64,000 bases of DNA from Felis catus (taxonomy: Eukaryota). Both the position numbers and the translations under genes were made by a program. Positions 1 to 13,109 of the stretch are shown piece by piece. The notes beneath the pieces were generated by a model that had not been told where the DNA came from, ran no database searches, and saw only the letters and a list, made by a program, of their open reading frames with translations. Positions within the stretch are counted from its first letter, which is position 1. Each line of letters begins with the position of its first letter. Location of the stretch: positions 4,402,001-4,466,000 of the forward strand of contig NC_058368.1 in the NCBI RefSeq assembly GCF_018350175.1. Direction: 5' to 3'.

Positions 1-404
1 TTTATCTGTTGAGTTTCTCAAATTCCACATATAAGTGACATCATGCGATATCTGTCTTTCTCGGACTGATTTATTCTGCTAAGCATAATACCCTCTAGTT
101 CCATCCACGTTGTTGCAAACGGGAAGATTTCATTCTTTTTCACTGCCAAGTAGTATTCCATTGTATATATACACCACATCTTCTTAATCCATTCGTCAGT
201 TGATGGACATTTGGGCTCTTTCCATAATTTGGCTATTGTTGATAGTGCTGCTGTAAACACTGGGGTGCATGTGTCCCTTCGAATCAGCATTTTTATGACC
301 TTTGGATAAACTCCCAGCAGTGCAATTGCTGGGTCGTAGGGCAGTTCCATCTTTAATTTTTTGAAGAACCCCCATACTGTTTTCCAGAGTGGTATTTCCA
401 GCAT
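1..404 (-). mobile_element. Carnivore L1, 5'-truncated, ORF2 C-terminal fragment; runs off the window start
   Basis: ORF 18..404 has L1 ORF2p C-terminal motifs (PYDPAIALLG, WKEPKCPSTDEWIKKMW, TTWMELEGIMLS). Confidence 0.93.
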
Positions 405-564
405 CCTTAACTTCTGCCTGCTAAAATGGCTACTTCACATCATCCCATATCCAGAAATACCATTCCTTCCAGGAACCTTCTTCTTAGACTCGTTAGAGGA
501 GAGCTGAGAGCGTGGTCTGCCTTAAACCAACACCTGCCTCTGAACTCCCATTATTATGATTCAC

Positions 565-790
565 TGGAGCGTAAAGGAAAGAGAACAGGTTTCGGAGCCA
601 GATTAAACCAAGTGTGAATCCTAACTGCACCATTTACCAGCACAGCGGCAGAATGTTGGAGGATGTACTGAACTTCTCTAAGACACGCTTTCCTCACTGG
701 CAAGATGTTAATATTTTGGCGGAATTAGACGAGGACTGAACATAATGTAACTTAAAAACATATTATGTTAGACTAGATGCTGAGTAAGTG
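565..790 (+). mobile_element. MIR SINE relic
   Basis: Degenerate MIR core (ggagccaga...gtgtgaatcctaactgcaccatttaccagc...tttcctcactg). Confidence 0.65.
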
Positions 791-1249
791 GTAGGGGGTA
801 GGTAGTATTATTCCCTATTACACTAGCCCTGGGTAATACAATCATCATGGATTTCGACAAATTTTATTTATGTGTTACTGTTTTGTCTACATATCCTGTA
901 AACACGGTCTGTTTTAGAGTCGTAAATTCTTCGGAGACAGGAATTTTGGCTGAACGGTCCTCTTCCCGTGGCACCCAGTGATCAAGTGTACTTGATCACT
1001 CTCATAAGGAAATGTTCTCTCATAGTTTCCTATCTATATTTCTCTTCAGTTGTGAACTAGTCCGAACACGTGTGATGAAACACACGTGCCTCCTCAAATT
1101 GCCCAGCTTGAGAAGAGGATACTTTCTCCACCGTGGTGATTATTTTAAGGTTTTTAGGACCCTGAAGTCCACCAACATGTCATCAGCCTATCTTCCAGAT
1201 TTCAACGTCTGCCGCAAAACGTGGTCATCAACGCTCATTCGGAAAATCA

Positions 1250-2040
1250 CTTTAGGTAGAATTGGTTATCAGACACTGAGTTCTTCATCTGTAGGGTTCA
1301 GCTCTCACTTAGAAAACACTGCTACTAATCAGAAAATGTTCCCTTTTCTGATGACATTTTAACCAGACGTATCTCATGCTATGGATCTTGATAGTTCAAA
1401 CTTCCATAGTTTCTGGTGAGGAGTCTGCTGTAATTTCTATCTGTTGATGTCTTTTTTTTTTTTTTTTCCCCCTTTGGCTGCCTTCAGAGTTCTCTTTATT
1501 TTTGACTATGGAGTCTCTAAGTGTGTTCTCTTTGTTACCCGTCCCGCTTGGGGTTCTCAAAGCGTCCTGGATCTCTGGCTTTGGTTTTCATTATTTTGGG
1601 CAAATCCTCAGCTGTTATCCCTTCAAACAGTTCTTCTGCCTTATTAGCTCTCTCTTCTCCTTTGTGGAGCTCCATTTGCCCGAAAGTTCTTGGATGCTCT
1701 GTTCTGTCCCTGTCCCTACTCCTTCCTCCCCCTTGTATTTCAGCTTGGGTAATTTCTACTGGCCTCCCGTTAAGTTCACGGAGCTCACATTCTTCCCTCG
1801 GCTGTGTCAAGTGTACGGATGAGCCCCTCAAAGGAATTCTTCTCATACGACCTCATGGCTTTACTTCCTGCATTTCCATCTGGGCGGGTCGCACACTCAC
1901 CACCTCCTGTTTCATCTGTTCATACAGGTTGCCCACCTTTTCCTTCAACAGACTGATTGAAATCCCTGTCTTCTGATAGTTCCTTTAAAGCTGTGCTAGT
2001 TCTTAGTTATTCTCAAGTCTCTGAGTCTGATTCTGTTGCT
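1250..2040 (-). mobile_element. Ancient L1 ORF1 remnant
   Basis: ORF 1535..1846 GEERANKAEELFEGITAEDLPKIMK resembles L1 ORF1p. Confidence 0.7.
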
Positions 2041-2689
2041 TTCTTGATCTTTGCCCAAGGAGGCAGGGTTCTGTGCTGTTTCTGCACAGACGCCAGTCAC
2101 CTCCTGTAGGCCTGCAACACTGAGGGTGGCCCCAGGTGGTCTCCCACCCCGCACCCACAGGTTCTCAGCACACCTGGTGACGGCCGATGGAAAAGAGCCT
2201 ACAGGGGGGTGCGAACTCCCTCTATATTGGGGCCCTCAGCTCTTCCGGACTGACAGGCCAGCCCACACTTGGCCCCCAACAACCTGTGAAGATGTTCTCT
2301 GGTTTTTCCTTACCCCTCTGCAAGGCAGCCTGGCCTTCCGCCATGCTTCGCCACAGGTGAGCCAGTCTGCATCTCTGGGATTCAGGCCACCTCACGGGCC
2401 TGTGACCTCAACTCTCGTAAGAGCTCAAGAAAAGTTAGGGTTTTATCTTTTGCCTGTGGTCAGCTTGGAAGCGGTGCCCTGTGTGTACCTTCGACATGCC
2501 CAACCGTTCAGACTTTCATCACTAATACCACTTAGGCTTTTAGCTCCCAAAGGAAAAAGAAAGGCAGTAGAGCTTTGTCAAGGGTGAACTACTCTCCACT
2601 AAGTCAGGCACAGACACCGTTAAAGATTATTATGAAGAAACTTGCAATGCAGGCATCTACGAGTATCAGTTAGTAGGTTTTAGCCGAAA

Positions 2690-2810
2690 GACAGTTCACT
2701 CAACAAATATTTATTCATTGCCCATCATGTGACAGGCAAAGTTGATATATCAGTGAATAAGATTGATAAAAATCTCAGTTCTCAAGGAATTTATATTCTA
2801 GGAGGCGCTG
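2690..2810 (-). mobile_element. L2 3' fragment
   Basis: ttcactcaacaaatatttattcattgcc...ctcaaggaatttatattctag is the reverse of an L2 tail. Confidence 0.65.
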
Positions 2811-2828
2811 GTAGTATTATTTTTACAT

Positions 2829-3037
2829 TTTTTTTAATGTTTTTTTAATTTATTTTTTAGAGAGAGAGCATGAGCAGGGGAGGGGCAGAGGGGGGGGGGG
2901 GGGAACAGAATCCGAAGCAGGCTCCAGGCTCTGAGCTGTCAGCACAGAGCCCAATGCGGAGCTCGAACCCATGAACCGTGAGATCATGACCTGAGCCGAA
3001 GTCGGATGCCCAACCCACTGAGCCACCCAGGTGCCCC
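2829..3037 (-). mobile_element. CAN SINE (feline type)
   Basis: Reverse tRNA-derived head, (GA)n and T-rich tail. Confidence 0.92.
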
Positions 3038-3888
3038 GTTAGTATTTTTTTTTTTAGTATTATTTTTAAATTACCAATGAGGGGATGGTACCTAGAATGG
3101 CACCTTATACTAAGAATTTATTGAGTGAATGGATGCTTTTAATATATATTGAGTGATCATTATATATATTGGTGCTTTTAGTATATACCGAGATCATGTA
3201 TTTGTGTATTTTACCATTTCATTTCCTTTGGAAGTCTATGAATGTGAATCACATGCAGTATCTAACCCTCATTGACTATCTAAGGTAAGCAAACTCACAA
3301 AGGAACTTAAAGTATATAAACACCGCATCCGTAAACAGCATGGGAATCCACGCAGTTTGACCCTTTTGGTCAACCTAAAGGAGATGGTGCTTTAAATCTC
3401 TGTCATTTTATTCTTTAAGCCACAGGATTTAAATTTATTTTCAGTTCACTTAGGTATCTCTCCTCATTCAACACCGTAATTCAGGTATAATGCCGCTTGG
3501 CGGTAAAACTAACCCTTTGCAAAATTTTATTAACACTCCAACAAGTTCCTCCCAAAAAAGGATGAGCAGTGATAATAAAAATTTCAGTGAATATTAATTA
3601 GCATTTAATTAACAGGTGATGAAGTTAAGATGGGGAAGGAAAGACAGGAAGATAAAATGAGGTCAGCATGGAGGTTAGGCCTGCGATCCCACAGTTTTAG
3701 ATAGAAAAACGATGAATCTCTGTGTGGCGTATATTTTGTCTGAGGTACACAGTGAACTTTCCACTGAAGAGAGAACAGACGAAAAAACAGACAAATGAAG
3801 CTTTTCATTCAAAGTGTCCCACAGACAGCACCATGCACATCTCTTCCTGAAGGGAATTATAGATGTGTCCTTAAAAACGAGTCAAATA

Positions 3889-4111
3889 GGGGCGCCTGGG
3901 AGGCTCAGTCGGTTGAGCGTCCGACTTCGGCTCAGGTCACGATCTCACGGTTTGTGAGTTCGAGCCCCACGTCGGGCTCTGGGCTGACAGCTCGGGGCCT
4001 GGAGCCTGCTTCGGATTCTGTGTCTCCCTTTCTCTCTCTGCCCCTCCCCAGCTTGCACTCTGTCTCTCCCTCTCTCAAAAATAAATAAACATTAAAAAAT
4101 TTTTTAAAAAA
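3889..4111 (+). mobile_element. CAN SINE (feline type)
   Basis: ggggcgcctggg head, (CT)n, A tail; TSD aaaaacgagtcaaata / aaaaatgagttaaata. Confidence 0.95.
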
Positions 4112-5777
4112 TGAGTTAAATAACCAAACAAGTGAGAGACTCTTCCTACAGTCGTCATTTCGTATCTAGGGAATCCAACCACGTGTGAAGTTCCTCGACC
4201 TTCGCTGGGCACTGGCCGAGTCCCAGGCCCGTGTTCACTGAGGGGAGGCCCTGCTTTGTGGCAAAAGACACAGTGATCAAAGCAGGTCAGATTGGTCCAT
4301 GAGATTCCCCCCAAATACATTTCTTTCCTGCAGATTCCCAATTCAAATCGGCATATTAAAAGTGATGAGCAGTCCTCGCTTCTGAGGATAGAAATCTTAA
4401 TTAATTTCTACACTCATTTCCCCAAATTATTTGAGCACAGAACACGTTTCCACTCCCTAATACATCTTTACAGAAGCAAGAGATTTAATATACCGGACAC
4501 CAGTTGGGAAATAGTTTGCTACGGAAATTAAACGCAAACCGTATGTAAAAGAAAAGTTATTACAAATAAAGCTTCTTTAAAAATGCACAAACGCAGCTGT
4601 TATCGTTCTCATTAGTCTTGACACTTCCCGCTGATCCTAACTTTATACACAGTTCCTTCAGAAAGCTTCTTTTCAGTTCTTTGAATCCCGTCTCGGCACT
4701 CTCCTCTCCAGAGGCCAGCAGGCCCCCCGGGTTTTCTGGACACGGGTCTCCAGCAGCCCCCGGCTGCTTCCTCGGCCCCACCCATTGAGTGCCTTGGTCC
4801 GAGCGGTGGTTTCGCACTCACGCAAGCTGATGGAGCTCACGAGCGCGAATGCACTAATGTGCCAGGAAACAAATGGGCCGAGCTCCAGAGGGACACTTCT
4901 CTCTAGCGTCCTCCCCGCATTAGCACATCCCGAAGCCCCTCTGCCTTCTCGGCTGCTAACCACCTGCCGTTCTCCGCCACGCCGCAGACGGAAGACAGGC
5001 CAGCCTCGCATAAGAGTCCACACTGGAAATGCCAAACAATCCCGGGCCCGAACCCCACGCTGCTCCCCTGCAAAATTCTTTTCCTACGGCAAGAAGAGGC
5101 AAATTTCTACTTTGCTCCTTTCCAGGCATGTCCTGCTCTCGGTACTGTTTTCACGGAGCCATTTTCATTAAACACAACAGTACATCTAGTCGTACCCTTG
5201 ACAAAGCTTAGCCGTCTGCAGCCTTTCGAGCGATCTTAGGGTAGAGCTGTTCAGACACGGTGTTCTAAAGCCACCGGTACCTCGACAAGGGCAGACTGTT
5301 TTGAACAAGGTTACAAAACACCAGTGCGGATTGATTTCAAAATGACATTCACTGGATGAACGTTATAGGTCAGATAATTTAAGCCCTAGCCTGGGTTTCT
5401 TTTACAGACACACCTGCAGGGGTTTTGTCTCGTATCGAGGATTGCCAGGTCTGAAGCAGCCCTGGCTTGACGCTGGCTGATTTCCGCGCGTACAGAGCAG
5501 AGCTCCGCCCAGGGAAGCGGACAAAGCCGTGAAGGCGAGTCAGGTTTGGGAGGGAGACCGACCCACTGGGCTCATCTTCGTCGAGCATCCCGCTGTGCAT
5601 GAGGGACCCTACTAAGCAGCTGGGGACCCTTCCGGCTCCCGCTACCAGGAACAGGAAAAGGGATGTATGCGGACACCAACAATGCAAGGGGAAACGCCCC
5701 AAGAACCTCAGAAGAGGTACAGACAGAACAAGGGAGGAATGAATTGAGAAGACGGTCATTACTAAAAGTGTCCAAGA

Positions 5778-5988
5778 GGGGGCGCCTGGGTGGCTCAGTC
5801 AGTTAAGCATCTGACTTCAGCTCAGGTCCTGGTCTCATGGTCTGCGGTCCATGGGTTCGAGCCCCATGTCAGGCTCTGTGCTGACAGCTCAGAGCCTGGA
5901 GCCTGCTTCAGATGCTGTGTCTCCCTCTCTCTGCTCCTCCCCGCTACTCTCTCCCTCTCAAAATAATAAATAAACATTAAAAATTTTT
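5778..5988 (+). mobile_element. CAN SINE
   Basis: Head, (CT)n, tail; TSD aaagtgtccaaga. Confidence 0.95.
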
Positions 5989-6827
5989 TAAAGTGTCCAA
6001 GAAGCAATTACTCTAATTATTATTCTAATTATGCCTCCTATACTATTAGTGTGGTGGTATTTCTATTTCAAAGATTCACCCTCGCTCTAAAATACACAAA
6101 GACACTGTGGGTATTTATCCCCGCTGGTAAAGAGGAAAACGGTAGAAATGTTTCTACAACTGGAGACTAAGATGCCAATAATTAGCTACGGTGACCTAAT
6201 GCATCTGAATAATTCATTATGAGTTTTTCCACAACTATCTTTGATCTTTATTTAAAAATAAGAATCCTTGTGTTATTTCTGAAGAAATAAGATCTGGCTT
6301 GGCAGGACTACAACAAAGACAAAGCAGTCGCTCTCCTAACAAATGCCAAGCCCCCTGTAAAGTACAAAACTGTGGCCCAAGTCTCAGAGCCTGGGAGGCT
6401 ACACTGCCTCACCCCAGGGTTCAGCTATGTATAGAGTTCCTATTTCTCGACGTTAGTTCATTCACTCATCCTTTATCCGATTGATGCATCCGGTGGTTTA
6501 AATTTAAATTTCTGGAGCCCCAACCAGACTCTCAGGCACAGCCACCACGGTGTGAAAGTTCCCTTGAAAGCACCCTAGGGACCAGAGGGCCCATCCTTCT
6601 CTGTGCACCCAAAGCACACGGCTAGCCTAGAGCCTGATCCCACACGCATCTGTTCTTTTTAATTTTTTGTTAGTGCCAGAACAGAACTATGGCCAGGAAG
6701 AGAAGACCGTAAAATTGATCCTTCCTTCTGTCAAGAAGGTGAAGTCTAGTCTCCTGCTTATAATTAAAATTTGAATAATAAGAACAATAATTACCCAGCT
6801 CCGTGAAGCCCAAAGCAAGTAAAGACC

Positions 6828-6960
6828 AGCAGTCTCAGCATGAACCGGGAGCTTCTCGGAAATACAAATTCTTGGGCGTTCCACACCCACTGAATCAGAA
6901 TCTACATTTCAACCGGATCTGCAGGTGATTTTATGCATGGTAAAGTCTGAGATGTTCTGA
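6828..6960. mobile_element. MER5-like hAT-Charlie DNA transposon relic
   Basis: aaatacaaattcttgggc...actgaatcagaatctacatttcaac...caggtgattttatgcatggtaaagtctgaga. Confidence 0.75.
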
Positions 6961-7556
6961 CTTCAAAAAACATCATCACAATTAGCTGCGCGACAAAGGT
7001 GGGTAGAATTCAATCCTCCTGGTTTTACAAGCGGAACTGTCTACAGGGAGGTAGCACCACGAGAAAGAGGACACCTCTGAGGCCGGGCACCTTGCATTCG
7101 CCATCGCAATTAGTAAGAAGACTCAACGCGGTAGGAGTTATTCGGTCCACCTGAGCACAGGATTAACTAACTGGATGAAATTCAAGTCACGGCACCAAAC
7201 GCATCTGTCTTGCTGAGCGCGGTCATCGCAACGGTGACCACGCACGCAGCGCGTGGCCCTGACCGTCCCAGGTTAGGCCGTCTGTTTGGGTGTGATTACG
7301 AAGGGCGCCCCTCTTCCCTCCCAGCGGTGGCTTGGCTCGGACAACAGGTTACATCATTGTCCCGGTAACAACTGAGTTCCTTGAGAGCTTCAAACACCAT
7401 CAATTGTGCAGTGAGCCTTACCTACACCGCCTCCCCAGAGGAAGGAAGGCGCTTACTGTGTTCTCGGGATAGACACGAGCCGCACTGACGGCTGACCATA
7501 CGCGGAACAAAACTGTTAAAATAACAATAGCTTTTCTGTTATATTAAGAAAGCACA

Positions 7557-7688
7557 GGGGCACCTGGGTGGCTCAGTCGGTTCAGCCTCTGACCCTTGAT
7601 TTCGGCTCAGGTCATGATCCCACAGTTTGTGGGTTTGAGGCCCGCATCGGGCTCCGCACGGTCAGCGCTTAGGGTTCCCTCTCTCCCT

Positions 7689-7726
<38 letters not shown>

Positions 7727-7795
7727 CCCTCCCCCACTGGCTCATGTGTGCTCTCCCTCTTCCTGAAAAATAAATAAATAAACTTTGAAAAAAAA
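7557..7795 (+). mobile_element. CAN SINE (older variant with cttgatttc)
   Basis: Head, long (CT)n, tail; TSD aaagcaca. Confidence 0.92.
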
Positions 7796-9404
7796 AGCAC
7801 AACATTTTTGGAAGGTTTCAGACTATCATCAAAAAATGCAAATGTCTTAGGAACTTGGCATTACTCGAATTCTCCGGATGCTTCTCCATGAGCTCAACTT
7901 GTAAGCATGTAACCTCATCAATTTGCCAGACATTTTCTATCACTTCACAATCTCGCCAGTCCAATTTAAATAACATCTTGCTAAAAGTTTTGGCATCAAA
8001 TTCTTCCGGGGCCACATCACCATGATAAAATATCTTGTTTTATTTATGACCACTTAGAAAATTTATTACGGTAAAGGCTGCATAAATATTAAAAGTTCGG
8101 ACATCCTCTGGTACAAATCCTTGTTATGGTAATAATTCAACTCTTCCCGAAGCAAAGAACTCTGGCCATTGATATCCTTTGGGAACATGCTGGATCTAAT
8201 GACATAAACTTGCTGAGACATGGTCATCCGGAGCAAGAAAAGCCTTCGGAGGCAGAAAGCCAAGCATCAAAGCGGCTTGCGTTCTACAGCTTGATCCCAT
8301 ACCAAGCGCTAAATCTCTGCGCGTGTCTGTGGTGGGAAAACAACTAGATTGGGCACGCAGCGACTAGTCTGTTTTGCTATTAACCCGTAATCCAGATGGC
8401 ATATAATCGATATAACGAAAAAGCTGCCTCGTCCCAAAGAGACAAAATCTCAGATCTAAATCCACAGGAAGTAACATTGCTATCAACTTACATGAGTTTT
8501 AGTGTTGTTTTCTGACAAATTGAGATGTAATGAGAAGAAAGAACCTTTAGAAATGCTTACATGTTATCACGGACTCGCTGATGGTTCAGAGAAAAGCAGA
8601 AGTATTGTAACATTTTAATGTGTGACAGAGGTCTCAATTCCACTTTTTTCTTTAAACAATTCCGATAATATTGGTCTGCATACATTACTAAATTTGACAG
8701 AATAGAGTTCTTGAGGTAAGTATGGAGGCATAGTTTTTAACTTCTAAATTTTTAGTTTTTATTTTATATAAAAGAGCAGAAGTCTCAGACAAGTTCAGCA
8801 ACTGACCAGAGGTCAACTGTGTGGGGGGGGCACGGGGGGGGGGAGTGGGGGGCAGGCAGGGTCAGACCCGCCTCTGCCTCCCAGTTCCACGTTCCTGTCT
8901 AGACATAATTGAAAGGCATTAACGCTGAAAATAAGAAAAGTTTCAAAACAACTGAAACCTGCCAAAACTAATCTAGTTCCAGTTGCACTATAATTTTTAC
9001 CTTCAATCCTTGTTCGTATCTCCCGAGAGGGAAAGACAGAAGAAGATTTATGACAAGCCTATCTGTCTCCTTGGAAATAGATCTTAAGCAATTTTGGCTT
9101 TGGGCTGACTTTCACAAAGTAAGGGAACAGAGTAACCTTACGGTGACGCAGCACAGAACGGTTCCAAAACGAAAGCACTGGATTTCTACGTTCTAGAAAT
9201 AACACCTACAATGGAAACGGGTCTCTTATTTTCCGAGACAGATTGTGTAAGAAGTAGAAACCATTTTCTACCACAGCAAAACCGGGGAAAGAAAACACCC
9301 ACATTGTAATACAGATTTTAGCAACTCTGACCGAACTTTGAGGAAGTTCTGATGTGAACCTAACAGACCTACTAATAGATGACAAATGGAAACTAAGAGA
9401 CCAA

Positions 9405-9550
9405 CCCCGATGTTACTATTGTGTGACCTCTGGCAAGTGACTTAACCTAAGTCAGTTTCCATAAAGTGGGGAGAGCCACGTGCCCACTTCATACATTGCT
9501 AGATAGGATTAAATAGGATAGAACTTAATAGTAAATGCTCATTCCCATTA
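9405..9550 (+). mobile_element. MIR relic
   Basis: ttactattgtgtgacctctggcaagtgacttaacctaagtcagtttcc MIR core. Confidence 0.7.
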
Positions 9551-9667
9551 CTTACTGTCTGATAAATATTTTGTGACAAAGATGACTCAAGCAACAAGCG
9601 TTTTAGTGGTTAATGGGCAAAACTGTATAAAAATTGTGGTTTCTCTCAAAAATCAAAAGACTATACA

Positions 9668-9779
9668 TTTTTTACTTTTAAGTAATCTCTACACCCAGCG
9701 CCCAAGGTGGGGCTCAAACACACAACCCCAAGATGTGGGGCCGCATGCTCCACTGACTACTAAGCCAGCCAGGTGCCCC
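9668..9779 (-). mobile_element. Short old tRNA-derived CAN SINE
   Basis: Reverse head ...agccagccaggtgcccc; no (CT)n segment. Confidence 0.7.
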
Positions 9780-9954
9780 TCATATGACTATATTTAATGC
9801 TTAGTGACATAGCTGGGTTGAAAAATGATCAGAATAGACTTTAAGATGAAGCATTATGAAAATTAAGAAGACAACACATGAGGAAGAAAGAAGGAGCTCC
9901 TCAGAAAAATATACCAATTCTGTATGTTTATGCATCTAATAAAATATGCTCTAA

Positions 9955-10165
9955 GGGCGCCTGGGTGGCTCAGTCGGTCAAGCGTCCGACTTCAGCTCAG
10001 GTCATCATGTCAGGGCTCGTGAGTTCGAGCCCTGCATCGGGCTCTGTGCTGACAGCTCGTAGCCTGGAGCCTGCTTTGGATTCTGTGTCTCCCTGTTTCT
10101 CTGTCCCTCCCCCACTCTCGCTCTCTCTCTCTCAAAAATAAATAAACATTAAAAAATTTTTTTAA
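9955..10165 (+). mobile_element. CAN SINE
   Basis: Head, (CT)n, tail; TSD atatgctc. Confidence 0.93.
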
Positions 10166-11007
10166 ATATATGCTCAAAGTACATAGAGTAAAAAGAAACA
10201 GAAAAATTTCCAAGGCAGTGAAAATACTGGGTATGAGGCCATAATGACACATACCTGTTATTATACACTTGTCCAAACTCACAGGATGTACACAACCAAG
10301 GGTGAACCATACCGTAAACTGTGGACTTGGGGTGATTACCATGTGTCCGTGTAGGTCCCTCAACTGTAACAAACGTACCACTCTGTTGGGTGATGCTGAT
10401 GACGGGGGAAGCTGTATACCTGTGTGGGGCGTGGAGTATATGGGAAGCCTCTGTACTGTCCCCTCAAGGTTGCTGGAAACCTAAATTGCCTTAAATAAAT
10501 CAAGTCCTAATTTGAAAAAATAGGTAAAAGTAAGGTGAAAAGGTGATCTACACATCATCCTGGAAGATCTCCACCTCTCAATCTTTGTTAGTTCAAAAAA
10601 ACTAGTTACATGTAAAAAATCTAAACAACACAATTGAAAGACTGACTTAACACACTTATATGAAAGCCCAGACCCAATAATTAGAAAATATACAACGTGC
10701 TCAAGCACACACAAAACATTTCCAAAAAACCGATGATCCACTAAGATGTAAACTACCAACAACGGCAAACAATCAAAACTGGTTAGACTAACTAGTTACA
10801 GATTGGTGAACAACAACAACAAAACAAAACAAAACAAAAAAATCATAACTCCTCTGCAAAGGTTTAAAAATTTTAAACTTTACTTCGAACAACTTGTTGC
10901 TCGAAGAGGAAATTACAATGGAAATCAGCAACATTGGAAATATTTTGTATTGAAAGCATGGCATGCAGCTAGAACACCGTATCCGCACAATTTATAATTA
11001 TAGCCCT

Positions 11008-11223
11008 GGGAGCCTGGGTGGCTCAGCTGGTTAAGTGTCCAATTCTTGATTTCGACTCACGTCATGATCTCACAGGTTCATGGGACTGAGCTCACATGGG
11101 GCTCTGCAGCTGACAGCCAGAGCCTGCGTCGGATCTACCTCTCCTCTTTGCCCCTTCCCCCAGCTTGCGTATGTTGCACGCACTCTCTCTCAAAATAAAT
11201 AAATAAACTTAAAATAAAATAAA
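11008..11223 (+). mobile_element. CAN SINE (older)
   Basis: Diverged head, A-rich tail. Confidence 0.88.
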
Positions 11224-11926
11224 ATTATGGCGTCGAAATTTAAACAGGTATGTTAGATGTACTGAAATTTAATTAGGTCAGTGTGTACCTTGATTGAGAG
11301 ATATAAACAAAGAAGGAGGAAGGAGAGAATAATAAAACAGAAACTAATGTTAAAACAAACAAAATAAAAAGTATAAACAGAGTGTGCATTAGTTCTTTGA
11401 AAACAGTAAAAAGACCAACTTCTGCCAAAATTAATAGAGAAAAAAACAAGAGAACAATATGAGGAATGAAAAGGATATAACTTAACTACACATTGAGCAG
11501 GGTTTGAAAGATGAAAGAATGCCATAAATAACTTTATCCCAATAAACTTGAAAACTTGGATTAAATGGGTGAATTTCCAGAAAATTACAACTTAGCAAAG
11601 CTTACTTAAGAAGAAAAGAAGGCCCAAAGACTCTTAGGACTATTAAGGAATCAGTCATTTAAAATATCTTCCCACAGAGAAAATAATAGACCCCGAGTGG
11701 CTTTATAGATGAATTCTGACAAAGTTTCAAGAAACAGATTATTACAATTTTATAAAAGCACTTCTAAGGAACAGGAAAAAAAAAAAAGGAGCATTTGGAA
11801 ACTCATTTCATGAAATGGTATATTCTTATTACCAGCCCACAGCAAAGAGCAAGGGGACAAAGCAAAATCACAAGTCAGTCTCTCATAAGTACAGATGCAA
11901 AAATCCTCTGTATTAAAAACATCAGC

Positions 11927-12143
11927 GGGGCACCTGGGTGGTTCAGTCGGTTGGGCATCCAACTTCAACTCAGGTCGTGATCTCACAGTTCATGAGTTCG
12001 AGCCCCATGTCGGGCTCTGTGCTGACAGCTCAGAGCCTGGAGCCTGCTTTGGATTGTGTGTCTCCCTCTTCCTCTGTTCCTCTCTCACTCACACTCTCTC
12101 GCTCTCTCTCTCAAAAAAGGAATAAACGTTAAAAAAAAATTAA
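11927..12143 (+). mobile_element. CAN SINE
   Basis: TSD aaaaacatcagc / aaaaacattagc. Confidence 0.93.
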
Positions 12144-12791
12144 AAAACATTAGCAAACTGAAGCCAGCACTGTGTTAAAAACAGTAAGACAAAGCCTATC
12201 TAATCCTGCCATACAAAAATGGCTTAACACTCACTATATGAATGGCTCAAAGAAAAAGTACAGCCCGATTACCTGAAAAGATGGAACGTGCACACGTGTG
12301 CACGCACACACACACATCTGATAACATGCAATACCTATTGATAATTTTTAAAAAGTAACTAGAAATAGGAAGGAATCTCCTTTTCCTGCTATCTCCACCA
12401 AATCTACAGCAAACATCTTTCTTTATGCTAAAACACTGAAAACATTTCCTTTAGAAATCAGGACAAAGGCAAACCATGCCCATATCACAGCTTCTATTCA
12501 ACATTGTACTGGAGGTTCTAGTAAGTCAAACAGGGCAAGAAAGAGAAATAAAAAGATGTAGGAGTTGAAAAGGGAAAGTAAAATTACCATTTTTGCAGAA
12601 TTAACTGGTTGAAAAAGTAACAAAGTCTACACGTAAGTTATCTGAATTAAAAAGAAAGTTTGCCAAAGTGTCTGGAAATATGATCTATATATAAAAGAAG
12701 GATAAATAACACCTTTAAGTACCAGCAACAATTAGACAATATAATTTTTAAAAATATACTATTTATAATAGTATCAAAAAGGTCGGGCATA

Positions 12792-13003
12792 GGGGCGCCT
12801 GGGTGGCGCAGTCGGTTAAGCATCTGACTTCAGCCAGGTCACGATCTTGCGGTCTGTGAGTTCGAGCCCCGTGTCGGGCTCTGGGCTGATGGCTCAGAGC
12901 CTGGAGCCTGTTTCCGATTCTGTGCCTCCCTCTCTCTCTGCCCCTCCCCCGTTCATGCTCTGTCTCTCTCTGTCCCAAAAATAAATAAAAAACGTCGAAA
13001 AAA

Positions 13004-13041
<38 letters not shown>
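12792..13041 (+). mobile_element. Young feline CAN SINE with long poly(A)
   Basis: Young diagnostics (ggcgcag, cagccaggtcacg, tgggctgatggctc); 33-A run; perfect TSD aaaaaggtcgggca. Confidence 0.96.
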
Positions 13042-13043
<2 letters not shown>

Positions 13044-13109
13044 TCGGGCACCTAAGACTAAGCATAACAAAAGTTGAGCCTTAGGGAAAAAATTTAAACT
13101 TTATTAAAA

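Noticed and set aside
3889..3975. tRNA-like A/B boxes (gctcagtcggtt, gttcgagccc) in many places
   Set aside because: These are tRNA-derived SINE heads followed by (CT)n and A tails, not tRNA genes.
7818..8347. Short protein-looking ORFs, considered as a retrocopy or viral fragment
   Set aside because: No recognisable family, no continuous frame, no poly(A) or TSD. A tblastx search would be needed to exclude it fully.
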